Below, piece by piece: positions 49,935 to 60,228 of a stretch of DNA of 64,000 nt; within the stretch, counting starts at the first letter, position 1; every line of letters begins with the position of its first letter. The stretch comes from Macrostomum lignano (lineage: Eukaryota), in contig NIVC01001233.1 in the NCBI GenBank assembly GCA_002269645.1, positions 62,001 through 126,000 on the forward strand, given 5' to 3'. Below the pieces are notes generated by a model that saw only the letters and a list, made by a program, of their open reading frames with translations, did no database searches and was not told the DNA's origin. A program made the translations under genes and the position numbers.

Positions 49935-51080
49935 CATTGAATCTGCCTCTCTGCTCCCATTGAATCTGCCTCTCTGCTCCCATTGAATCTGCTTCTCTGC
50001 TCCCATTGAATCTGCCTCTCTTCTCCCATTGAATCTGCCTCTCTTCTCCCATTGAATCTGCCTCTCTTCTCCCATTGAATCTGCCTCTCTTCTCCCATTG
50101 AATCTGCCTCTCTGCTCCCATTGAATCTGCCTCTCTGCTCCCATTGAATCTGCCTCTCTGCTCCCATTGAATCTGCCTCTCTGCTCCCATTGAATCTGCC
50201 TCTCTGCTCCCATTGAATCTGCCTCTCTGCTCCCATTGAATCTGCCTCTCTGCTCCCATTGAATCTGCCTCTCTGCTCCCATTGAATCTGCCTCTCTGCT
50301 CCCATTGAATCTGCCTCTCTGCTCCCATTGAATCTGCTTCTCTGCTCCCATTGAATCTGCCTCTCTGCTCCCATTGAATCTGCCTCTCTGCTCCCATTGA
50401 ATCCGCCTCTCTGCTCCCATTGAATCTGCCTCTCTGCTCCCATTGAATCTGCTTCTCTGCTCCCATTGAATCTGCCTCTCTGCTCCCATTGAATCTGCCT
50501 CTCTGCTCCCATTGAATCTGCTTCTCTGCTCCCATTGAATCTGCCTCTCTGCTCCCATTGAATCTGCCTCTCTGCTCCCATTGAATCTGCCTCTATTCTC
50601 CCATTGAATCTGCCTCTCTGCTCCCATTGAATCTGCCTCTCTGCTCCCATTGAATCTGCCTCTCTGCTCCCATTGAATCTGCCTCTCTGCTCCCATTGAA
50701 TCTGCCTCTCTTCTCCCATTGAATCTGCTTCTCTGCTCCCATTGAATCTGCTTCTCTGCTCCCATTGAATCTGCCTCTATTCTCCCATTGAATCTGCCTC
50801 TCTGCTCCCATTGAATCTGCCTCTCTGCTCCCATTGAATCTGCCTCTCTGCTCCCATTGAATCTGCCTCTCTGCTCCCATTGAATCCGCCTCTCTGCTCC
50901 CATTGAATCTGCCTCTCTGCTCCCATTGAATCTGCCTCTATTCTCCCATTGAATCTGCCTCTCTGCTCCCATTGAATCCGCCTCTCTGCTCCCATTGAAT
51001 CTGCCTCTCTGCTCCCATTGAATCTGCCTCTCTGCTCCCATTGAATCCGCCTCTCTGCTCCCATTGAATCTGCCTCTCTT
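49935..51080. repeat. 23-bp pyrimidine-rich minisatellite, ~50 units
   Basis: Unit CTGCTCCCATTGAATCTGCCTCT; 23-aa periodic minus-strand ORFs. Confidence 0.97.
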
Positions 51081-51198
51081 CCTCTCTGGAGTGTGCCGTT
51101 GGTAAATGGATTTCATTCACTAGACAGCCAGGCCACTACCCCTATTCGGTAGTACTTTACCAGCTAATAGCGAGCTCATTCAGAGCCATCTGCTTTAG

Positions 51199-51630
51199 CA
51201 GCAGCAGCAGAAAATAGCCATTGAAATCTTGCAGCGGCCCAACTCCAATGCCACTTTGGACCGTCGAGCCAGCGTCCCTCTGCAGAAACAGCAGCCCCAG
51301 CAGCAGCCATCGTCCTCTTTGCAAAAGCAGATTTCAGCGGAACAGCATCAGCCGTCGTCAGCTGCTGATGGCATCGTTCGCGAGTCGGACAGCAATGACA
51401 TCCTGCCGCAGCAGGGCATCGCCAAGGCTCTGCTGAGCGTCTGGCGAGATAAGGAGCTGCAGAAGCAGCAGACTCAACAGCAGGAGCAGCAATTGCTTCA
51501 GAGGAAGCGACAATCTCTTGCATCATTCGAGCGCTCGCCGTCTTCGTCCTCGCTGTCCTCGGCAGCGGGGGCTCGGCGACAGTCTTCGTACAGCCAGGCG
51601 AGCGGGCCGCCGTCTCCCAGGAGGGCGGAG
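51199..51630 (+). CDS. LIM-domain protein exon with repeat unit (DGIVRESDSNDILPQQGIAKALLSVWRDKE)
   Basis: TCTGCTTTAG| and GAG|GTACCG, phase 0/0; corresponds to ORF 51229..51648. Confidence 0.8.
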
Positions 51631-52314
51631 GTACCGGTGGCAATGTAGAATATCTCAGAGACAAAATCACCCACCCGCAGTTCACTGGGCCACGCTAATC
51701 TAATAATTACCCAAATGGATTGCTAGTCGGAGCCTTCATCATTTCCTGTTTGAAAACAGCACAAATCCTTGGCTAATTGTTTTACAGTTTGATTTAAATC
51801 ACGCCTACTAGATTAGCAATCCATTCGAGGACAGCTAATGATTGCCAGCCAGTAGAAGCGAATGATTCACAAACACTCAAGTGAACTAGATGCTGCTCAA
51901 TAATGATTGCAATGCGGTATTGCAAAGCTTGCACCTGCTTAAGCCTCAGTAAAACAAGATTATAATTTATTTTCAGCACTGATTTTAGTCACCGATATCA
52001 GTTACCATGAGCTCAAGTTTTTGTTATTAAATTTCTTTGAAGTTTGAAGAAGCTCAATGATTGCAGAGTTGCTCTGAAAAAGTATGCTTTAGTTTGTCAC
52101 GAATTTGCACTTTTGTACGTTTGCACTTTTGTATCCTAGGGCTCGGGCACTACGCGTAAATGTACGAGGTAATAATCAGTAAAAAACTATAAAATTATAA
52201 AGTTTTAGTGTCTAATAACAACAGAGTGATCAGACTCGAAGTAATGAAAGGGAAAGAGCGCATATTTTCAATAAGCAGTCAAACTCTTTAAGTTGCAACT
52301 ACAATTCGTGTGCA

Positions 52315-52480
52315 CTGTAAATGTACATGCGCACTGTTAAAAGTACATGCACATGTTAAAAGTACACGTGCGCTATTAAAGTACTGCGCACTATTTAAGT
52401 ACGTGCGCACTATTAGAGTACGTGAGCACTATTAGAGTACGCGCGCACTATTGAAGTAAATGCGCACTATTAAAGTACTG
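52315..52480. repeat. Degenerate ~20-bp repeat before the terminal exon
   Basis: GTAC(A/G)TGCGCACTATTAAA variants. Confidence 0.7.
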
Positions 52481-52506
52481 AGCGCCCGCTCGCCGTCCCA
52501 CTCCAG

Positions 52507-53031
52507 GCCGTCGCCCCGACCCAGCGCCGACCCTACCAGCCGCAGCCCAACATGGACTTTGACTACACCGCCCCGGTGCGCAGTGCCGCCGAATCTGAGT
52601 CCAGCCCGGTTGAGCGGCCGCCGGACGTTGTCCGGTCAGGCGATCCAAATCCGGCCGATGAGCTGCCGCCGGCCAACTTCACCCGCTCGGCGCTGCAGAT
52701 GTGGAAGAACAAGGAGGTGGAAGGCGGCAAGGTTGCGCCAAATCCCGAGACCTCCGAGCGGCTCCGACAGCGCGCCCGCGAGACCTCCGGGGTCAACAAC
52801 AACATCCGATTGCCGGGGGCCGCCTCCGTTGGTGTCTCCGGCTCCCGTGATTCCGACGACGCTGAGAGGCCGTCGTCGCCGCAGCCGCAGCCGCGCGACG
52901 AATCGTCGGAGAACGAACCGTCGGTGCCGCCAGCAGACGTGGCTCGCTGGGGCGCCGGCGACGGCAACGACGAAATGCCGAAACAGGGCATCACGCAGAA
53001 TCTGCGCTCGATGTTCAGCGGCGGCCAGTAG
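52507..53031 (+). CDS. LIM-domain protein terminal exon with two repeat units
   Basis: CCCACTCCAG| phase 0; PPDVVRSGD..ELPPANFTRSALQMWKNKE and PPADVARWG..EMPKQGITQNLRSMF; stop at 53031. Confidence 0.85.
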   Translation, partial: AVAPTQRRPYQPQPNMDFDYTAPVRSAAESESSPVERPPDVVRSGDPNPADELPPANFTRSALQMWKNKEVEGGKVAPNPETSERLRQRARETSGVNNNIRLPGAASVGVSGSRDSDDAERPSSPQPQPRDESSENEPSVPPADVARWGAGDGNDEMPKQGITQNLRSMFSGGQ

Positions 53032-53614
53032 TAGACTCGCGTACTTTTAGCATGTACTTTTCGACGTTTCTTAAGATATAGACTACTAAAGTGCATATGT
53101 ACTCTAGGAAGTTGTGCGCACTCTAACAGTGTACGCTATCAAAGCAACCCCGCCCCATTCCCAATTAAAAACTCCGTTAAGCACCAATAAAAATGGAATG
53201 GACTTTTTTATTTTGCTTTTTTGTAACTTTTTTCTTAACAATATTTTTATAAGCGAGCTCGTCAGGCCTCCCAACGCTGAACACAACGATTTTGATCTTG
53301 CTTTGCTGCATAACTCGATAATTTGCTACTCTGTTCACACTGAGCCTATGAGCTGCTATTGCTTCTGTACTCTTGTAATTTGATTTAATTCGAATGTGCT
53401 TAGCAAGCTCGCTTATCTTGGTTAGCTGGATCCCACCGATTCATTCCCACATTTTAACCGCGGTTTTTTATAAAATATAATACACAAATATTTTTCCTTC
53501 TTTTCAAAATTTCCTCTTTTGTTGCGTTCCATCGGCTTTTTGTATGCTAGCCTTTATTAGCTACTGAGCACAATAGTAGTATGTATTGTATTTTATTGCG
53601 TCGAATTTGCACTC

Positions 53615-53880
53615 CAATGCGCGCATTGGTAAAGTGCGCGCCTATATAAGCGCCCATCGATAAAAGTGCGCACCTATATAAGCGCGCATTGGTAAAGTGC
53701 GCACCTATATAAGGGCGCATTGATAAAAGTGCGCACCTATATAAGCGCGCATTGGTAAAGTGCGCACCTATATAAGCGCGCATCGATAAAAGTGTGCACC
53801 TATATAAGCGCGCATTGGTAAAGTGCGCTTCTATATAAGCGCGCATTGATAAAAGTGCGCATCTATATAAGCGCGCTTTG
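53615..53880. repeat. 31/32-bp alternating repeat (63-bp dimer) with CCTATATAAG motifs
   Basis: AAAGTGCGCACCTATATAAGCGCGCATTG(G/A)T; 21-aa period in ORF 53547..53846. Confidence 0.9.
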
Positions 53881-54264
53881 CAAATCCTGCCAGTGTGTGT
53901 GTGTTTGGTTTTTAAAAGCCTGATTCCTATTGTTATTCCATCTCCATATATAATGATATTCCTATTTGTTCCTGTTATTATAAAGTAATTGATATTTATA
54001 AATTCCGAGAATTATTTACCGAAATGATAATTGAACCCAGTATACTCGCTTATGCCTTGTTTTCGATATGCTACGGTACTGTAGTGAGTGGAAGTATTAA
54101 CATTGTAGCCAGTTAGCGTTAACTGATTGTCCAATAAAATCGGTTGAAACTGTTGATTTTTTAATGAGATACCCTGCCACCGGCTCCAACACAGTGGGGA
54201 GAGTAATGCGCTGCAAACTGTTGATTGTAACTGACTTGGCATTTGTTCTTTGTGTGATTCAGTG

Positions 54265-55528
54265 GCTGGAAACCATGTGGGTTGTAGCTGGAAACCATGT
54301 GGGTTGTAGATGGAAACCATGTGGGTTGTAAGCTGGAAACCATGTGGGTTGTAGCAGGAAGGCACGTGGATTGTAGCTGGAAACCATGTGGGTTGTAGCT
54401 GGAAACCATGTGGTATGTAACTGGCCACCATGTGGATTGTAGTTGGCACCATGTGGGTTGTAAGCTGGAAACCATGTGGGTTGTAAGCTGGAAACCATGT
54501 GGGTTGTAGCTGGAAACCATGTGGGTTGTAGATGGAAACCATGTGGGTTGTAAGCTGGAAACCATGTGGGTTGTAGCAGGAAGGCACGTGGATTGTAGCT
54601 GGAAACCATGTGGGTTGTAGCTGGAAACCATGTGGTATGTAACTGGCCACCATGTGGATTGTAGTTGGCACCATGTGGGTTGTAAGCTGGAAACCATGTG
54701 GGTTGTAAGCTGGAAACCATGTGGGTTGTAGCTGGAAACCATGTGGGTTGTAGATGGAAACCATGTGGGTTGTAAGCTGGAAACCATGTGGGTTGTAGCA
54801 GGAAGGCACGTGGATTGTAGCTGGAAACCATGTGGGTTGTAGCTGGAAACCATGTGGTATGTAACTGGCCACCATGTGGATTGTAGTTGGCACCATGTGG
54901 GTTGTAAGCTGGAAACCATGTGGGTTGTAAGCTGGAAACCATGTGGGTTGTAGCTGGAAACCATGTGGGTTGTAGATGGAAACCATGTGGGTTGTAAGCT
55001 GGAAACCATGTGGGTTGTAGCAGGAAGGCACGTGGATTGTAGCTGGAAACCATGTGGGTTGTAGCTGGAAACCATTTGGATTGTAGCTGGATACCATGTG
55101 GGTTGTAAGCTGGAAACCATTTGGATTGTAGCTGGATACCATGTGGGTTGTAAGCTGGAAACCATTTGGATTGTAGCTGGAAACCATGTGGGTTGTAAGC
55201 TGGAAACCATGTGGGTTTTAGCTGGAAACCATGTGGGTTGTAAGTTGGAAACCATGTGGGTTGTAAGTTGGAAACCATGTAGGTTTTAGCTGGAAACCAT
55301 GTGGGTTGTAAGTTGGAAACCATGTGGGTTGTAGCTGGAAACCATGTGGTTTGTAGCTGGAAACCATGTAGGTTTTAGCTGGAAACCATGTGGGTTGTAA
55401 GTTGGAAACCATGTGGGTTGTAGCTGGAAACCATGTGGGTTGTAGCTGGAAACCATGTGGGTTGTAGCTGGAAACCATGTGGGTTGTAAGTTGGAAACCA
55501 TGTGGGTTGTAGCTGGAAACCATGTGGG
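54265..55528. repeat. 21/22-bp minisatellite with ~4 copies of a 222-bp higher-order repeat
   Basis: Unit GCTGGAAACCATGTGGGTTGTA(A); marker GGCACGTGG at 54361, 54583, 54805 and 55027. Confidence 0.95.
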
Positions 55529-56194
55529 AAAAACATTCAAGCTGTGGTTTCGCTTTTAGTGGATGTTTTGAATGTCTAAATTTATATTCAACAGTTGGTA
55601 ATGGGTACCGCACAGTTACTGCACTTAAACTCTTGTTAAATGCTTGCAGTCGGTTTGAAAAACCTTTATCATTTAACTACAGCTGGGGGGATGTCTGCAT
55701 AGAACGCATGCAGCTGCTTGTTCCTCAAATGCGCAGAATTACACCATAAGGCAGATTGGAGCAGAATGTGAAGGTTAAAAATATCTCCCCTGCCCCCAGT
55801 TTTTCCCCCAAATCCCCTCTCCATATATGGAAATGAGCTGTGGGATGGATAGAAGCCTTCAGGACGAGTCCTGTTTCTCTCCCGCTTCCCGGTTCTCCTT
55901 TTTCCTTCCCTCCCTGCAGAGATTCTGAGTACACTGGCTGAGTACTCCAGTGTACTCACAGGATGCCTCAGCGGTCGATAATTCCAGCCTCAGTCTGGCT
56001 TAGTCTCGCCTCTTCTCTGCAGTTTTGAGCGTCTCCATGGCAACTGCGCAGAGAGGCTGTGGTGGACGGGAGAGGAGAGGAACGTTGAGGATGGATTATC
56101 GATCCGAGTCTCAGTGCACTGGCCAAGCCAGATAAATCCCCAACCAGTTGGCATCCGCAGCCCTCTCCTTCCTCACTGCGAGAAACACTCAACC

Positions 56195-56953
56195 ATGCAG
56201 TCTCCGCGCTTCATCAATAACAGCCGCTCCCAGCTGGTGCTGGCCCTGCTGCTCCTGGCGACCGCCCTGCCGGCCCCGGCCGCTGCCTCCGGCGGCTACG
56301 CCGACTACCTGGCCAGCATCGAGAAGCGGAACCAGCGCCTTCATGACGACTACCTGGGCAGCCTGGCCGATGGACAGCGCAGCTTCCTGGACGATCTGAA
56401 CGGCCATGTGGCCGACCTGCAGGCCCGGCACTACGTCAGCGACTCCGCCTACCCGGCCGGCTTCGACGCCGACCGCTACTGGTCGGAGCTGCTCGAGCGG
56501 ACCGCCCAGGCTGCCGATGCCCAGCGGGCTGCTCGCAGCGGCCTCGGTGAACTCGACGACGACCGCCTGGTTGACGATTCCGACATCGTTGTCGGCGGCG
56601 GCGGCCCGGCCCGGCGCGAGGAGGAGCCGTTCCTCAACCGGATCTGGGGCGCGCAGAAGGTCAGCGGCGGCGCCGGCGAGCCTGGCCAGGTGACGGGCCC
56701 GGAGGACCGGCCGCAGCCGGCCAAGGTGATGAGCGACACCCTGCCGAGCTACTGTAACCCGCCCAACCCCTGCCCGGTGGGCGCCGATCCCGCCAAGCTG
56801 ACCGCCCCCTGCGACAGCCACGTCAGCGACACCGCCGAGTACAACCGGAACGACGCCCTGACGAAGATGGCCGCCGGGCAGTGCCCCTGCGACAACGAGC
56901 ACATGGAGTGCCCGGCTGGCAGCGTTGGCGTCAATTCCAAGAAAGCCTCGCAG
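56195..56953 (+). CDS. SCG5: Neuroendocrine protein 7B2 (secretogranin V, PC2 chaperone), exon 1
   Basis: Signal peptide (LVLALLLLATALPAPAAA); IWGAQKVSGGAGE; LPSYCNPPNPCPVG; QCPCDNEHM are 7B2 hallmarks. Donor CAG|GTAAAC phase 0. Confidence 0.93.
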
Positions 56954-57039
56954 GTAAACATCTGACTCCCAGATTTCAGATTAGAATATTTATCTTTCAT
57001 ACCAGCTGAAGATAAATTCCTATTCTCAATATGCTACAG

Positions 57040-57159
57040 ATGGGCGGTCACCTCAATCCGTTCCTGCTTGGCAACAAGCGGGACAAGCTGGACGCCAAGA
57101 AGTCGCCACGGTACTCCATAAGCAAGCGCGGCGTGCGGGCCAAATTTCAGAGCCGAGTG
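57040..57159 (+). CDS. SCG5: 7B2 exon 2 (first CT-peptide-like unit NPFLLGNKRDKLDAKK)
   Basis: GCTACAG| phase 0; probable donor |GTGCGT at 57160. Confidence 0.8.
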
Positions 57160-57564
57160 GTGCGTTGAGATGGGAGGGAAGGGGAGAGGGCTTTGATGAT
57201 CTAAATCTTAACTTTAGACGGTAAAAAATTATCAACTATGCAGTCTGGTGCTGGCGAGATGGTTTGGCCATAGACTGTAATGAAAGGCCATAGACAATAA
57301 AATTGGCCTTCACTCCTAATGTTGTATCTAAGGTATTTTTCTCAGAATTTTCTCCATTTAATAGTCTGTGGGTATTTTATAGTCCTTGGTAATTTTATAG
57401 TCTATGGCCATTTTATTGTCTATGGCTATTTTAAAGTCTATAACCAAACCGTTCCAACATCAACGCTGCGTTTTTTCTTTGCATTAGAAAATTTCGGAGT
57501 TTCAGTTTGATCGTCAACAAGCGGGAGAGCTGTCTAAATAATGTCTGCTCACAACCCCCCGCAG

Positions 57565-57666
57565 ATGGAGAAGAAGAACCCCTGGCTTGATGGCGTGGAC
57601 GCCCTTGACACCGTCGAGAAGAAAGCCGGGCGCCACGTCTACCTGGAGGAGCCGCTGGTGGAGTGA
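57565..57666 (+). CDS. SCG5: 7B2 exon 3 (second CT-peptide-like unit NPWLDGVDALDTVEKK)
   Basis: CCCCCCGCAG| phase 0; stop TGA at 57664-57666. Confidence 0.8.
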   Translation: MEKKNPWLDGVDALDTVEKKAGRHVYLEEPLVE

Positions 57667-58277
57667 CTCTCTCCGAGTGACTCTATCCTCGCACGAAGCT
57701 AAAATCATCATCAATGCAGCTCACCCTGAGAGCAATTATCCTGGAATTATCCAAAACTTTATTACGAGTACTATTTTTGATGCAAAGCTATTTAAAAGAT
57801 CTCTAAGAATTTTTAAAAAGTCGCGAACTAACATCGAAACAGCGCTAGCAAATAATACAACCGGGTCTGCTAAAATTCTCTCCAAAGAAAATATTAACAA
57901 GCAAAATTTAACAACCTTTTTCTCGATTTTTCTCTGTGCAGCCCGAAGCATTCAGCAATTTTTTTCGATTTTCCCTGCCGCCTTTGTGATTTCTATTTCT
58001 TGGAAAATTGTGTTTGAACCCAGGTGTTCAGGGAAATCCCTACAGATCAAAGTGAGGCTCAAAGACGCCGGTCCCGAGACAAAAACTGCTGGTCCCGTCT
58101 GGTCTGTGAAGGCTTTTTCAAGATAATTGGCCTGGCTACGGCCGTGACACGTGTTGAGCTGCTTCGACGAAAAGTGACCAATTTTTCGAAAATAATTGCG
58201 TTTTTCTCTGCATCACCTGATCCAGTCCAGCAGCCATTTCAATAGCCTCACCTGGTGCCACAATTCTAAGCCCAATT

Positions 58278-58428
58278 GTTGTTGTTGTTAAGCCGGGGTG
58301 GGAAGTCGGGGGCTACCCGCGGATCAGCCCTGAGAGGGGCTCTGCCGCTGAGGGGCACTACCAGGGGCATAAAGCCCGAGATACCCGCCTGATTGGACCC
58401 CGACCCAATTACGCCTAATTCTATGACC
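58278..58428 (-). mobile_element. Short retroposed insert (5'-truncated LINE/SINE 3' end)
   Basis: Minus-strand (AAC)n tail; flanked by the 17-bp direct repeat CAATTCTAAGCCCAATT (58261-58277, 58429-58445). Confidence 0.5.
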
Positions 58429-58564
58429 CAATTCTAAGCCCAATTACGAGTAGATAAATTCCAGATGGGGGACAAGAGCAGTCAGATTTTACAAGCGCAA
58501 TCATGACGAAATTTTAATAAAACTGAGCGCAATTATCTAGAAAACAGATACTAGAATAACTAGA

Positions 58565-58976
58565 CTGGATGGGCCACTCAGGCATACACTTAGTAAAACA
58601 GCTTTCTACTTTCAGTTCAGTAGCAAAGAAGAATACATAAGCTATTTTATAAAAAATAAAGCCAGCTGAAATGACTTTGATAAGTTTAGAAGCCCAAGCT
58701 TGCAGGCGTAAACAGCTTGCTAATTGGTTCAGCAATAATGTACATTAGCCAGTCCACTGAAATGTACATGGCAGCTTTAGGCTGGAATTCCGAAAGGCAA
58801 TAAAAATTGGGGCGGGGCGAGGGGGGGAGTGTGGAAAGGCGCGGTTGGAGGGTTTAAGCTGGGGGTAAGAGCCAATAAATGAGCCTTGGCTTTAAAAATA
58901 CATTAAAATGCTTCTGTTTAACTTACTACTGAACTGAAAGTAGCTTACACGCAAATTTGCTGAGTGGCCCATCTAG
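58565..58976 (-). mobile_element. ~410-bp MITE, copy 2 (inverted relative to 37570-37982)
   Basis: TIR CTGGATGGGCCACTCAG / CTGAGTGGCCCATCTAG; the interior matches copy 1. Confidence 0.85.
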
Positions 58977-59664
58977 GTATTCGAGTATCTGTGTCTAGAA
59001 CTGACATCCAGTTTGCAAAGTGATTTCTAGAGTTTCTTCAACAGAAAATTGACCTGGCGCTGCTTGAACAGACATCCATGAGGAGCAATTCCTGGAACCA
59101 GCAGATGTCAGATTGACTTGTTGACGTCAACTGTTTGTTGCCACTGTTCTAGGGATAATCTCGTTGGCCAGATGGAAGTTCCTAATCCGCAATAGTGGCA
59201 GCTGCTGGTGAGCATCACATTGGCCCAATAGAATGGGTTTTACCTCTCGATTTCTGCATTGCTCGAGATGCGATTGCATCAGAGACAGTCAAATTTACTC
59301 TTGTAGCACAAATAAAGCGGAGAGACTCAACTATTGACATGCAGTTTGAGTCGAATGAGTGGTCTGGGCCTGAATGTCGCTCCCGTTATCGCGACGTTCT
59401 CCGACTATTCTGCCTAGCCACATTGAGTCTTGGAAACAGTGGGTGGCCCCCTAAGTCTTAGACGAATGTCGTAAACTACAACCTTTGATTAGGCTTATGA
59501 ATTATAGAACTTAAAACTAAGACCGATGAGTCAGTGCTTATGCTAACACTATTGTTTTACGTTCTTGCTCTTTTGAGCTACTGGCTAGCAATCAGCGCCC
59601 CCCGTTGGGGAGCGAACAAAGAATGGAGCAATAAGTTTTGAATAAACTATCAAACACATCTTAG

Positions 59665-60228
59665 CAATTCCTCCTGTAAGCCTTGACATTTTAGCAATTC
59701 CCCCCTGTAAGCCTTGACATCTTAGCAATTCCCCCCGTAAGCCTTGTCATCTTAGCAATTCCCCCCGTAAGCCTTGACATCTTAGCAATTCCCCCTGTAA
59801 GCCTTGACATCTTAGCAATTCCCCCTGTAAGCCTTGACATCTTAGCAATTCCCCCCATAAGCCTTGACATCTTAGCAATTCCCCCTGTAAGCCTTGACAT
59901 CTTAGCAATTCCCCCCATAAGCCTTGACATCTTAGCAATTCCCCCCATAAGCCTTGACATCTTAGCAATTCCATCCGTAAGCCTTGACATCTTAGCAATT
60001 CCCCCCGTAAGCCTTGACATCTTAGCAATTCCCCCTGTAAGCCTTGACATCTTAGCAATTCCCCCCGTAAGCCTTGACATCTTAGCAATTCCCCCCGTAA
60101 GCCTTGACATCTTAGCAATTCCCCCTGTAAGCCTTGACATCTTAGCAATTCCCCCTGTAAGCCTTGACATCTTAGCAATTCCCCCTGTAAGCCTTGACAT
60201 CTTAGCAATTCCCCCCGTAAGCCTTGGC
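59665..60228. repeat. 30-bp minisatellite, ~19 units
   Basis: Unit CTTAGCAATTCCCCCTGTAAGCCTTGACAT; 10-aa periodic ORFs. Confidence 0.96.

Noticed and set aside
49920-51116. Long minus-strand ORFs (398, 261, 201 aa)
   Set aside because: They are translations of a stop-free 23-bp satellite, open in several frames, antisense within an intron.
54012-55613. Three overlapping 350-390-aa minus-strand ORFs
   Set aside because: All three frames are open because the 21/22-bp repeat lacks stops; there is no unique coding content.
55821-55830. Perfect CArG box CCATATATGG upstream of 7B2
   Set aside because: Several such 10-mers are expected by chance in 64 kb and there is no supporting context.
56189-56902. 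237-aa antisense ORF over 7B2, and similar antisense or alternative-frame ORFs over MRTF and LIM exons
   Set aside because: Expected shadow ORFs of GC-rich coding sequence.
57587-58126. 179-aa plus-strand ORF
   Set aside because: It starts out of frame inside 7B2 exon 3 and runs through AT-rich 3' sequence with no recognisable motif.
59195-59461. 88-aa ORF
   Set aside because: No recognisable domain or convincing splice context; left unannotated.
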